Source: an uncultured Christensenellaceae bacterium | GTDB taxonomy: Bacteria; Bacillota; Clostridia; Christensenellales; UBA3700 | DNA length: 64,000 bases | Direction of reading: 5' to 3' | Assembly: GCA_944380305.1 (NCBI GenBank) | Contig: CALWHF010000006.1 | Location: 24,422-88,421 of the forward strand | Shown: positions 1-8,712 of the stretch, piece by piece | Layout of the letters: every line of letters begins with the position of its first letter | Position numbering within the stretch: position 1 is the first letter of the stretch | Position numbers and translations under genes: made by a program | Notes under the pieces: model-generated | The model's input: the letters and a program-made list of their open reading frames with translations, nothing else | Databases searched by the model: none | Told to the model about the DNA's origin: nothing

Positions 1-140
1 TTTTGGTTTATGCCTTCGTCGATGACCTGAGCCATAACGAGCGGCACGACGAGCTCGAATATCGCTTCGAGCAATTTGAAAAACGGACCCCATATGAGGT
101 GCGCTTTATAGTTCTTCAGATGGATCGCCAATCTTTTCAT
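1..140 (-). CDS. ABC transporter permease/ATP-binding protein (MdlB-like), 5' part; runs off the window
   Basis: Manual translation from ATG at 140 (minus strand): MKRLAIHLKNYKAHLIWGPFFKLLEAIFELVVPLVMAQVIDEGINQ, a typical N-terminus of Firmicute ABC exporters. Not in the ORF track. Confidence 0.8.
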   Translation of the reverse strand, partial: MKRLAIHLKNYKAHLIWGPFFKLLEAIFELVVPLVMAQVIDEGINQ

Positions 141-308
141 TTTCACTCTCAAATATTGACATTTTTTATCTTATAAAATACAATAATAACTGCGGACGGC
201 AAAAAAAGCATTAAAAAACGCGGTTTTTCTCGCGTTTTTCCTCTTATCCGTCCGTATATACAGTATATATATTTGCGTCGCAAAATGCAAATATTTGGGA
301 GATCAAAA

Positions 309-2234
309 ATGAAAGACGGTTTTGTCAAAGTTGCCGCATTCAGCCCCGAAGTCAGGGTCGCGGACTGTTCGTTCAACGCCGCAAGGATATGCGACGGCAT
401 AAATAAGGCTTTCGAAGACGGCTGCAAGGTCGTCGTTTTTCCGGAACTCTCCGTCTGCGGGTATACTGCGGGAGACCTGTTTCTTCAGAGTACGTTGACG
501 GACTCGGTCGAAAAAGCGGTTGAGACGATAAAGGATCATTGCGTCGGCAGACAGATATTCGTCGCGGTCGGCGCGCCGGTCGCGATAGCGGGCAAATTAT
601 ATAACTGCGCGATCGCGATATACGACGGAAAGATACTCGGCATCGTGCCCAAACGCAACGTGCCGTCTTACGCCGAATTTTACGAGGGCAGATATTTTGA
701 GTCGGGCGAAAAACTCGACAACGTCGATAAGACCGTGTATTGCGGCGACGAAGTCGACGTATGTTCGAAAGCCGTGTTCAGATGCCGCAATATGCGCGAT
801 TTCTGCATAGGCATAGAGATATGCGAGGATATGTGGATCGCGGGCGGTCCCGCGGATACGCTCTGCGCGGCGGGTGCGACAATAATATGCAACCTTTCCG
901 CGAGCGACGAGACGGTGGGAAAGGACGACTACCGCAGACTTCTGGTTAAAAGCGCGTCGGGCAAGTGTAATTGCGGCTACGTCTACTGCGACTGCGGCGA
1001 CGGCGAAAGCTCGACGGACCTCGTGTTCTCGGCTCACGATATGATCGCCGAAAACGGTACGATACTTGCAGAGAGCGAACCTTTTGCGGGCGGTTACGCC
1101 GTCAGCGAGATAGACGTCGCAAAGCTTGTGTCTGAAAGGATAAGACAGAATACCGCGCCTTCGGAGCCGCTCAGAGAGATATATTTCGATTGCGTGAAGA
1201 GCGAAACGCGTCTCACCAGAAAAGTCGACAAGACTCCGTTCGTACCGAGCGGGGAAAACGACAGGTCGGCAAGGTGCGACAGAGTGTTCGAAATACAGGC
1301 GAGAGGACTCGCAAAGCGTATGCGTCATACCAATTGCAAGCATCTCGTGATCGGGCTTTCGGGCGGTCTGGACAGCGCGCTCGCGCTCCTCGTCGCGTGC
1401 AGAGCGGTCGAGATCGTCGGTCTTGAAAGGAGTAACATCACCGCACTCACGATGCCGTGTTTCGGCACGACGAAACGTACGCGATCGAACGCAGAAAAAC
1501 TCGCTCGGGCACTCGGTACGAAATTCGCGAAAGTGGATATTTCGAAGACGGTGAAAAGACATTTCGCGGATATAGGTCACGACGGCGTCACGGGCGACGT
1601 CGCTTTCGAGAACGCGCAGGCGAGAGAACGCACTCAGGTGCTGATGGACTTCGCGAATATGTCGGGCGGGCTCGTGGTCGGCACGGGAGACCTTTCGGAA
1701 CTGGCTCTCGGCTGGGCGACCTATAACGGCGATCATATGTCGATGTACGGCGTCAACGGTTCAGTGCCCAAGACTCTGGTCAGACATCTCGTACGTTATT
1801 ATGCCGAAAACTACGCTAATCTCAAAGCGAAACGCGCGCTCGAGGACATTCTCGATACTCCCGTAAGTCCCGAACTAATACCTGCGAAAGACGGTGAGAT
1901 CGCTCAGAAAACAGAGGAAATCGTCGGACCGTACGAGCTGCACGACTTCTTCCTTTACAATATCGTCAGGTGGGGGTTCAGCCCGTCCAAGACCTTCCGT
2001 CTCGCGAAATACGCGTTTGACGGCGACTTCGACGACGCGACGATATACAAATGGCTGAAGACCTTTGTTTCGCGTTTCTTCGCACAGCAGTTCAAGCGCA
2101 GTTGTCTTCCCGACGGACCTAAGGTCGGCAGCGTGGATCTGTCTCCGAGAGGCGGCTGGCGTATGCCGAGCGACGCTTGCAAGGACGAATGGATAAGAGA
2201 TCTTGAGATCTGCGATCCGTCTGCAAAGAGATAA
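309..2234 (+). CDS. nadE: Glutamine-dependent NAD+ synthetase
   Basis: N-terminal nitrilase/glutaminase domain (VVFPELS, EICEDMW) and synthetase motifs GLSGGLDS, ENAQARER, GTGDLSELALGW, QQFKRSCLPDGPK. ATG 309 follows GGAG. Confidence 0.96.
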   Translation: MKDGFVKVAAFSPEVRVADCSFNAARICDGINKAFEDGCKVVVFPELSVCGYTAGDLFLQSTLTDSVEKAVETIKDHCVGRQIFVAVGAPVAIAGKLYNCAIAIYDGKILGIVPKRNVPSYAEFYEGRYFESGEKLDNVDKTVYCGDEVDVCSKAVFRCRNMRDFCIGIEICEDMWIAGGPADTLCAAGATIICNLSASDETVGKDDYRRLLVKSASGKCNCGYVYCDCGDGESSTDLVFSAHDMIAENGTILAESEPFAGGYAVSEIDVAKLVSERIRQNTAPSEPLREIYFDCVKSETRLTRKVDKTPFVPSGENDRSARCDRVFEIQARGLAKRMRHTNCKHLVIGLSGGLDSALALLVACRAVEIVGLERSNITALTMPCFGTTKRTRSNAEKLARALGTKFAKVDISKTVKRHFADIGHDGVTGDVAFENAQARERTQVLMDFANMSGGLVVGTGDLSELALGWATYNGDHMSMYGVNGSVPKTLVRHLVRYYAENYANLKAKRALEDILDTPVSPELIPAKDGEIAQKTEEIVGPYELHDFFLYNIVRWGFSPSKTFRLAKYAFDGDFDDATIYKWLKTFVSRFFAQQFKRSCLPDGPKVGSVDLSPRGGWRMPSDACKDEWIRDLEICDPSAKR

Positions 2235-2277
2235 TAACTAAGATAAGATAAAATCAGGCTGAATATCAAACGAAAAT

Positions 2278-2307
2278 AAATCCGTCCGCGAAACGCGGGC
2301 GGATTTT
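2278..2307 (+). terminator. Rho-independent terminator after nadE
   Basis: aaatccgtccgcg-aaa-cgcgggcggattt stem followed by T residues. Confidence 0.7.
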
Positions 2308-2411
2308 CCGTGTCGCAGACCGGATAGGACGGGGGAAGGGCAGCGTCCGATATAATGCGTAGCGGCGAATCAGCGGCATTGTCCGATAAACAATGCGACG
2401 AAATTTGCAGA

Positions 2412-2589
2412 CCGACTTATGCCGTCGTCACACGACAAAGTTGATGTTCATATAAAAAGCCACAAAATGCGGTAGCTGACTTATGCCGCCGCCACGCGGC
2501 CGTCACACGGCAAAGTTGATGTTCATATAAAAAGCCACAAAATGCGGTAGCCGACTTATGCCGCCGCCACGCGGCCGTCACACGACAAA
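2412..2589. repeat. 75-bp tandem direct repeat (~2.3 copies), intergenic
   Basis: The unit cgtcacacgRcaaagttgatgttcatataaaaagccacaaaatgcggtagcYgacttatgccgccgccacgcggc starts at 2426, 2501 and 2576 (partial), with a partial copy at 2412-2425. Confidence 0.92.
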
Positions 2590-2617
2590 AAGCGCGACCC
2601 CTTTCGGAGCCGCGCTT
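2587..2617 (-). terminator. Terminator of the minus-strand lipoprotein gene
   Basis: aaaaagcgcg...cgcgctt hairpin; the A-tract reads as a U-tail on the minus strand. Confidence 0.6.
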
Positions 2618-2639
2618 AACGTTGTGTTCTTTTTGACGA

Positions 2640-3656
2640 TTACAGCAGACCGTTCTTGATCGATTCGGAATTGCTCATATCGTTGTCTCTCTCGCTGTAA
2701 GAGTAGAAGACGTTGGATACAGACTCGGCAGAACCTGTGTACCAGATGATCGCCGCACCGATCTTGCCGTTCCAGCTTTCGTCGGTGGAGTAGTACTTGA
2801 GGAGTCCGCATTCCCAGATCTGCACTTTAGCCTTGATGTAATTGACGCTCATGTTCTTGCCGCTGTTGTCCTGTTCGAGTCTTGCGATCGTAGTGGAATC
2901 GGCGTTGGCAACGTCTTTGTCGATCTCGAAAGTCAGCTCATAGTATACGTCGCCGTTCTTGGTCGTCTTCTTTTCGATCTTCGCGCTGTCTGCCGAAACT
3001 ATGTTTTTGCAGTTCCAGTTCGCGCAGGTCTTCTTTGCGTCTTCGAGATTGTGCAATCCGGGCGAGATAGTACCTTCGCTACCGAACTGGCTGTGTTTTT
3101 TCCACGCGGAGTTGTCTACGCTGAGGAGGCCGCTTTCTTCATCGTATTTGATGTCCTTTCCGTCGGCTTCCATGCGGTAATAGGTATTGCCTGCGGGGTT
3201 GTATCTGAGAGCCGCGTTTCTGACGAACATTACCTCGGTAGAGCCGAAATTGTGGTTGACGGGCAGTTTGAGCGTCATGTCGTCTTTCGCGTTTGCGTTC
3301 TGCTTTCTGAGTCTCTGATAGATAAGAGTGCCGCTCTTGTCTTTGATCGTCGTGGTACCCTTGGTGTAGTTGAAATATGTATAGCGGTTGACGAAAGATT
3401 CGTTGTACTCAGCCGCGTTCATGATCTGCTGTATCTTTTCGGCATCCGACAGGGTGGTGTCGTTGATTATCGGAAGGATAGCAGTGTGAACGCTTGCGGC
3501 AACGCTTTCATCGGGAGCTACTTCGTAGTCCTGCAATACGTTGGGGATACCTTCGAACTCGTTGACGTTGTATTCGCCGTCGTCGCAGGCAACAGCCAAC
3601 AGACCTACCGAACCGATCAGCGTCAGAATGGTGATCAGTGTGATGATTTTCTTCAT
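2640..3656 (-). CDS. Lipoprotein of unknown function (beta-rich, possibly LolA/LppX-like fold)
   Basis: Signal peptide with lipobox LAVA-C and RBS GAGGA. The C-terminal alternating beta-strand pattern (YELTFEID...AKVQIWECGLLKYY...VFYSYS) is reminiscent of LolA-like lipoproteins; the fold is inference. Confidence 0.75.
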   Translation of the reverse strand: MKKIITLITILTLIGSVGLLAVACDDGEYNVNEFEGIPNVLQDYEVAPDESVAASVHTAILPIINDTTLSDAEKIQQIMNAAEYNESFVNRYTYFNYTKGTTTIKDKSGTLIYQRLRKQNANAKDDMTLKLPVNHNFGSTEVMFVRNAALRYNPAGNTYYRMEADGKDIKYDEESGLLSVDNSAWKKHSQFGSEGTISPGLHNLEDAKKTCANWNCKNIVSADSAKIEKKTTKNGDVYYELTFEIDKDVANADSTTIARLEQDNSGKNMSVNYIKAKVQIWECGLLKYYSTDESWNGKIGAAIIWYTGSAESVSNVFYSYSERDNDMSNSESIKNGLL

Positions 3657-3745
3657 AATAATCCTCTTCTCTTTTTATTCAAACGGCAGAACCGTTTGTT
3701 ATCGATAAATAGACGCGTGCGGGCACATGCCTTTTCGCTGTAATT

Positions 3746-3860
3746 ATTATATTATCAACGACAATGCCTTGTCAATCACAGCGAGCGTACAAAATATGGA
3801 CGAAACGGACAAGGTAATTTTCTGTTCGGCATTGACAACGCCGTTTTACATACCGTATAC
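3746..3860. promoter_or_regulatory. Divergent sigma-A promoters (lipoprotein / alpha-mannosidase)
   Basis: Minus strand: TTGACA (3775-3770) with TATAAT (3751-3746). Plus strand: TTGACA (3832-3837)-17-TATACT (3855-3860). Confidence 0.65.
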
Positions 3861-3877
3861 TTTTATCAGAGGTCGAT

Positions 3878-6820
3878 ATGGTAGAGAAATTTTTATTGTA
3901 TCCGTCTCACTGTTGCGCGCTTGCGAGGGTGAGAAACGGCATATTTACGAAAGCAGGCAGACTGTTTGCCGAAGTCGTCGTCGGAGACGAACCGATAACG
4001 ATAGAAGAGGCAGAGGCAAAAGGTTTTTCCGAGATAAGAAAAAACGATATTTGGGCGACGGATTACGGCTGCGCCGTATTCCGCTTTTCGGGAGAGATAC
4101 CGTCGTCCGCTAAGGGCAGGAAGGTTGCCGCGCTCGTCGATATACAGGGCGAAGGACTGGTAATCGTTGACGGCGTGCCGACGCAGGGCATAACGCACGT
4201 TTCGGACGGTATCGACTGGGTGCAGAGTGCGAGAGGAAAGCAGGAGATACCGCTTTCGGATTGCGCGGCAGGCGGCGAGAAGATATTGTTTTACGTCGAC
4301 GCGGGGTATAACGGAAAAAAGAAAAAAGCGAATACTTATGCGAAATTCCGCCGTGCGGACATAGTGACGGTTGACGAAACCGCAAGGGCTTTTTATTACG
4401 ACGCGCTCCAGCTTTTCATGCTCCTTCTGACATATAAAGAAAACGAATATCTGACGGATGAAAGGGCAAAAGAGATAGACAAGGCTTTGAAAAAGGCTTT
4501 TTCGCTGTATTTTGGGAAGGACGCCGCGGGTGCGGCAAAACTTCTCGGCGAGACTGCCCGCAAGAGCATAACGTACAAGGCTCCCGCATACACGGCGGTC
4601 GGGCACGCTCATCTCGACCTAGCGTATCTTTGGCCGATAAGGGAGACAAAGAGAAAGGGCGCGCGTACGTTCGCCAATCAGCTTGCGAACCTTAAAAAAT
4701 ATCCCGATTACGTCTTCGGTGCGAGCCAGGCGCAGCTTTTTCAGTGGATGAAAGAGCTGTACCCGACGATATATGCCGACGTAAAGAAAGCCGTTGCGGA
4801 AAACAGGATAGAGATACAGGGCGCGATGTGGACTGAGAACGACTGCAACATTCCTTCGGGGGAGAGCATTATCAGACAGTTTCTTTACGGAGAGGAGTTC
4901 TTTAAGAATGAGTTCGGCAAAACGAGCAGCGTCGTATGGCTTCCCGACGTGTTCGGCTACCCCGCATCACTGCCTCAGATATTCAAAGGGTGCGGCAAAG
5001 ACTATTTCGCTACGATAAAGCTGACGTGGAACAGCCACAACAAATTTCCGTACAAGACCTTCGAGTGGGAGGGGATAGACGGCAGCAGGATATTGTCGCA
5101 CATGGCACCGCAAGGCAATTACAATTCTTCGGCGACGCCCATGGCTTTCGTCAAGTCGTTCAAGGGCAACCCGCAGAGCAGAGACGTGGAGCACGCGTTG
5201 ATGATCTTCGGGATAGGCGACGGGGGAGGAGGCCCGGGCGAAGCTCCTCTCGAACTTCTGTCGAGAGAAAGAGATCAGGACGGTCTCGCTCCAGTGAAGT
5301 TTGGTTCTGCGGCAGGATTTTTCGACGAGCTTGCGGCGGACAAAGACGCAAAGATACCCGTCTACAAAGGCGAGCTGTATCTCGAAAAGCATCAGGGGAC
5401 GTATACATCGCAGGCGAGAAACAAGCTTTACAACAGGCTTATGGAGCAGGAGCTGCATACCGTTGAATGGCTGAGCGCGCTTGCCGCGGTAAAGGGAATA
5501 AAGACGGACATAAAAAAGACGGACGAAATATGGAAAGAAGTGCTCTTGTATCAGTTCCACGACATAATCCCCGGCAGTTCGATAAAACGCGTGTTCGACG
5601 AAAGCGTGGCTCGGTATAAGATAATGCACGACGAGATAGTCGGAGAGAGAAACAGATTGCTGTCCGCAATGAAAAAAGAGGTAGGAAAGAGCGTCGTCAA
5701 TCCCGTAGACTTTGAGAGGAAAGAATACGTCAAAGACGAAGGAAAATGGTACGTCGCAGAGGTCGGACCGTACAGCGCGGCGAAACTCGAAGAGTGCGAC
5801 GATACGGGAGTTTCGGCGGGAGAAAACTATATCGCAAATGACAGGATAAAGGTGACTTTCTCTAAAGAAGGTTGGATAGAAAGCGTGCAGGAAATCGACA
5901 CGGGCAGGGAAATTTGCGGAGGATATTTCGACAAACTCGTTGTATATGAAGATCCGAAACTGTTCTACAACGCATGGGACATAAGAGAGGATTACCGCGA
6001 TCTTCCCAGTACTCCGATGACCCTTGTCGAGAGCAGGTGCTACACCGACGGACCGACTGCGGTAAGGGAGGCAACTTTCGTTTACGGGGCGTCCGCGCTG
6101 GTGCAAAGGATAGTGTTGGCAAAGGGAGAAAAATTAGTCTCTTTCGACAATACGGCTGACTGGCACGAGGACTTCAAAATGCTGAGGGCGGAATTCAGAC
6201 CATCGGACTATTCGGATACCGTAAACTGCGACATTCAGTTCGGCAACGTGGACAGATCGACGCTGGACGACACCGCTTTGCGCAAGGCGCAGTTCGAGAT
6301 ATGCGCGCACAAGTTCGTCAACGTGGACGGAGAAAACGGGGGCTTTGCCGTGCTGTCGAACTGCAAGTACGGGTACAGGGTAAAGGACGGATACATTTCG
6401 CTCAATCTGCTGAGAAGTCCCAAGAGACCCGATCCCGAATGCGACAGAGGCAAACACTATTTCGGCTTCGCCATGTATCCGCACGCGGGGTCGTGGAAGG
6501 AGAGCGATCTGGTCAAGAGGGCGTATTGTTACAACTATCCGCTGATAGTCTGCGACTTCCTGCCTTCGCTCGAAAGACTGGTGGATGACGGCAACGAAAA
6601 CGTGATAGTCGAGACCGTCAAGCCGTCGAGGGACGGCAAGGGCATAGTGGCGAGACTTTACGAGAGATACGGCGAGGACGCAAAAGCCAGATTGCGAGTC
6701 GGTTTCAGAAACAAGGCTGCGTACGAAACGGATATGCTCGAGAGAAAAAAGAAAAAGACCACGAACTCAGACGTCGACTTCGGAGGCTATGCAATAAAGA
6801 CGTTTTATTTTGAATTGTAA
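3878..6820 (+). CDS. Alpha-mannosidase, glycoside hydrolase family 38
   Basis: GH38 motifs GHAHLDLAYLW, WLPDVFGYP, GDGGGGP, GELYLEKHQGTYTSQ and QFHDIIPGSSI. No signal peptide. Confidence 0.95.
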   Translation: MVEKFLLYPSHCCALARVRNGIFTKAGRLFAEVVVGDEPITIEEAEAKGFSEIRKNDIWATDYGCAVFRFSGEIPSSAKGRKVAALVDIQGEGLVIVDGVPTQGITHVSDGIDWVQSARGKQEIPLSDCAAGGEKILFYVDAGYNGKKKKANTYAKFRRADIVTVDETARAFYYDALQLFMLLLTYKENEYLTDERAKEIDKALKKAFSLYFGKDAAGAAKLLGETARKSITYKAPAYTAVGHAHLDLAYLWPIRETKRKGARTFANQLANLKKYPDYVFGASQAQLFQWMKELYPTIYADVKKAVAENRIEIQGAMWTENDCNIPSGESIIRQFLYGEEFFKNEFGKTSSVVWLPDVFGYPASLPQIFKGCGKDYFATIKLTWNSHNKFPYKTFEWEGIDGSRILSHMAPQGNYNSSATPMAFVKSFKGNPQSRDVEHALMIFGIGDGGGGPGEAPLELLSRERDQDGLAPVKFGSAAGFFDELAADKDAKIPVYKGELYLEKHQGTYTSQARNKLYNRLMEQELHTVEWLSALAAVKGIKTDIKKTDEIWKEVLLYQFHDIIPGSSIKRVFDESVARYKIMHDEIVGERNRLLSAMKKEVGKSVVNPVDFERKEYVKDEGKWYVAEVGPYSAAKLEECDDTGVSAGENYIANDRIKVTFSKEGWIESVQEIDTGREICGGYFDKLVVYEDPKLFYNAWDIREDYRDLPSTPMTLVESRCYTDGPTAVREATFVYGASALVQRIVLAKGEKLVSFDNTADWHEDFKMLRAEFRPSDYSDTVNCDIQFGNVDRSTLDDTALRKAQFEICAHKFVNVDGENGGFAVLSNCKYGYRVKDGYISLNLLRSPKRPDPECDRGKHYFGFAMYPHAGSWKESDLVKRAYCYNYPLIVCDFLPSLERLVDDGNENVIVETVKPSRDGKGIVARLYERYGEDAKARLRVGFRNKAAYETDMLERKKKKTTNSDVDFGGYAIKTFYFEL

Positions 6821-6825
6821 AACGA

Positions 6826-6855
6826 GACGCGTCGGATGACCCCGACGCGTTTTTT
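6826..6855 (+). terminator. Rho-independent terminator
   Basis: gacgcgtcgg-atgacc-ccgacgcgtt followed by a T-tract. Confidence 0.8.
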
Positions 6856-7027
6856 CATGTCCGTGTACGGCAAAGCATTATTTTGAAAAGATTACATAGC
6901 GTGGTTCCCTGTTCGCGTCATGCACCGAGAGGCATCGGTTTTCAGTTGTTGCTCAAAGCGGAAGAGAAAAGAAAAGCAACAAGGCGCACGAGCGGCAAAA
7001 CAAACGAGTTATGTCAATTTTTGGCTA

Positions 7028-7056
7028 TTGACACATATATATTCGTATGTTATCAT
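7028..7056 (+). promoter_or_regulatory. Sigma-A promoter of a three-gene membrane protein operon
   Basis: TTGACA-17-TATCAT with extended TG. Confidence 0.65.
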
Positions 7057-7104
7057 TATAAAAAAGCAGCCGCTCGATTTATCCGGCGGATTACGAGGAA
7101 GGTC

Positions 7105-7524
7105 ATGGATCTGAACGATAAACTCAGGACAGGGGGAGCTCGACTGGGAAACATCTTTTTCGGGATAGCGGCAACGGCGACGGTAATGACGCTTTTTACG
7201 GCGTTCAGTCCGTTGATGATGGCGTTTTACCTGCTTATGCTCCTCGTGCTGATACTGATCACCCTGGGCACGATCTTTATTATGGTCGAAGACTTCGGCA
7301 GCTTTTTCAGCGGTTCGGCGCAGGCATATGGGTCTTTTACCGAGAGTGCTATCAAAGCAATGCCGTATCTTGCAGCCGTAGCGGTGGTTGCTGCTGCCGC
7401 GGCTATAATATTGCTGATGCTTGACGTCAGGACAAAAAAACATACGTCTAAGATCGCGGGGGCAGTCGTCTGTATCGTACTTTCGGTAGTGTTCGCGTTG
7501 CTTTCGAAGGCGGTGATGAAATGA
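7105..7524 (+). CDS. Hypothetical membrane protein (~4 TM)
   Basis: ATG 7105 after GAGGAAGG. Hydrophobic segments. The ORF-track start at 6883 lies upstream of the promoter. Confidence 0.75.
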   Translation: MDLNDKLRTGGARLGNIFFGIAATATVMTLFTAFSPLMMAFYLLMLLVLILITLGTIFIMVEDFGSFFSGSAQAYGSFTESAIKAMPYLAAVAVVAAAAAIILLMLDVRTKKHTSKIAGAVVCIVLSVVFALLSKAVMK

Positions 7525-8024
7525 GCAGACTTAACATTAAAGTGAGAAGTCTTGCGGGAATGTCGCCCGTGGTGAAAGTGGACGGCAAACGGATACGTTG
7601 CAAGAAAAACAGTTTCGGTAATTACGATGCGGTCGTAAACGTAGAAGACGGAGCAAGACTTACTTTGTCGTGCTGGGACACCATACTCAGCCCGTTGTGG
7701 CTGGTGTGGGAGATGTTGTTTTTCGCGATAAGTCTGTTCGGCATTTTCGACTTTCAGAGAGACAAGCTGAAAAGGGCGGCGGAATTCGAGGCGGTATTGC
7801 ATCCGAAGGAAAACGGTACGGCTGCCGTCACGCTGATCCGTTCGACGGGCGAAGGCAGTCCCGCTGTCAAGCTCGAATGCGATTTCGATGCCGAAGTTGT
7901 GAAAAACGAATATTTTGCGCTCGAAACGGTAAAAAGGAGGCGCACGATCGCCTTGATAATAAAAATAGCAATCTGGATCGCTCTTATCGGCACGGCGATA
8001 GCCGTAGTCGCAAAGACGTTCTGA
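7521..8024 (+). CDS. Hypothetical membrane-anchored protein
   Basis: ATGA overlap with the upstream gene; internal hydrophobic helix and C-terminal TM segment. Confidence 0.75.
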   Translation: MSRLNIKVRSLAGMSPVVKVDGKRIRCKKNSFGNYDAVVNVEDGARLTLSCWDTILSPLWLVWEMLFFAISLFGIFDFQRDKLKRAAEFEAVLHPKENGTAAVTLIRSTGEGSPAVKLECDFDAEVVKNEYFALETVKRRRTIALIIKIAIWIALIGTAIAVVAKTF

Positions 8025-8042
8025 TAAAACGGAGGGAAGTTT

Positions 8043-8537
8043 ATGATCACGTTGCAAATAAAGAACAAGATGTTTTCAGTCAGAGGTCATTCGACGGTCA
8101 AAGACGAAAACGATGTCGACAGATACGTCGTCAAAGGTAAGTTCTTTTCTCTCGGGAAGAAAAAACGCATCTACGATATGGACGGAAATCTGTTGTACAC
8201 GGTAAAGAACAAACTCATAAGGTGGTTCATGAACAGCTGCTATATATACGATGCGGAAGGCAACAAAATCGCCCGCATCAAGCAGAAGTTCAAACTGTTC
8301 AAAAAGGAGTTCAAACTGACGGGATACGCCGAAGAGATAGAGATCAAGGGCGATTTCATTCAGAAAGTGCTCGAGATATACAAGAACGGCGAAAAGATCG
8401 GCGAGGCGGGCAAGAAGTTCTTTTCTCTCGTCGACAGTTTCAAACTCGAATGTTACAAGGACGAGGACGCGCCGTTGCTTGTTGCGCTCATCGTTGCGAT
8501 AGACAATATCAACGACAAGAACGTCGCAGATTCCTGA
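8043..8537 (+). CDS. LURP-one-related / tubby-scramblase-like protein
   Basis: Repeated beta-strand pattern (YVVKGKFFSLGKK...IKQKFKLFKKEF...KKFFSLVDSF) and terminal LLVALIVAID helix; RBS GGAGG. Confidence 0.85.
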   Translation: MITLQIKNKMFSVRGHSTVKDENDVDRYVVKGKFFSLGKKKRIYDMDGNLLYTVKNKLIRWFMNSCYIYDAEGNKIARIKQKFKLFKKEFKLTGYAEEIEIKGDFIQKVLEIYKNGEKIGEAGKKFFSLVDSFKLECYKDEDAPLLVALIVAIDNINDKNVADS

Positions 8538-8617
8538 GGCGGATAAACGCGTGCATTGTCGCTTGCTTTCGCAACGGGGAAACGCGAGGAATGCGTTCGA
8601 TGTAAATATAGAAATAT

Positions 8618-8697
8618 AAAAAACGCGCCTTTTTGAGGTGAACCCCAAAAGTTGGACACTTTTGGAGGTGCACATCATTTTACGGGCGCGTTTTTTT
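8618..8697. terminator. Bidirectional terminator between convergent genes, with an insertion in its loop
   Basis: aaaaaacgcgcc ... gggcgcgttttttt. Confidence 0.7.
8634..8677. mobile_element. 44-bp IS3-like miniature inverted-repeat element or IS footprint
   Basis: TGAGGTGAACCCCAAAAGT-TGGAC-ACTTTTGGAGGTGCACATCA has TG...CA ends and imperfect terminal IRs resembling IS3/IS150-group ends, flanked by TTTT on both sides. Confidence 0.6.
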
Positions 8698-8712
8698 ATT
8701 TCTTTTGTGATG

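Noticed and set aside
2412-2589. Possible CRISPR array
   Set aside because: The whole 75-bp unit repeats with no unique spacers, and there are no cas genes in the window.
3791-3805. Shared motif aaaWtatggacRaaa upstream of GH38 and in the araC/eda intergenic region (13056-13070), as a common AraC site
   Set aside because: The second copy is explained as the -35 (TGGACA) of the araC promoter, and the orientations and positions differ.
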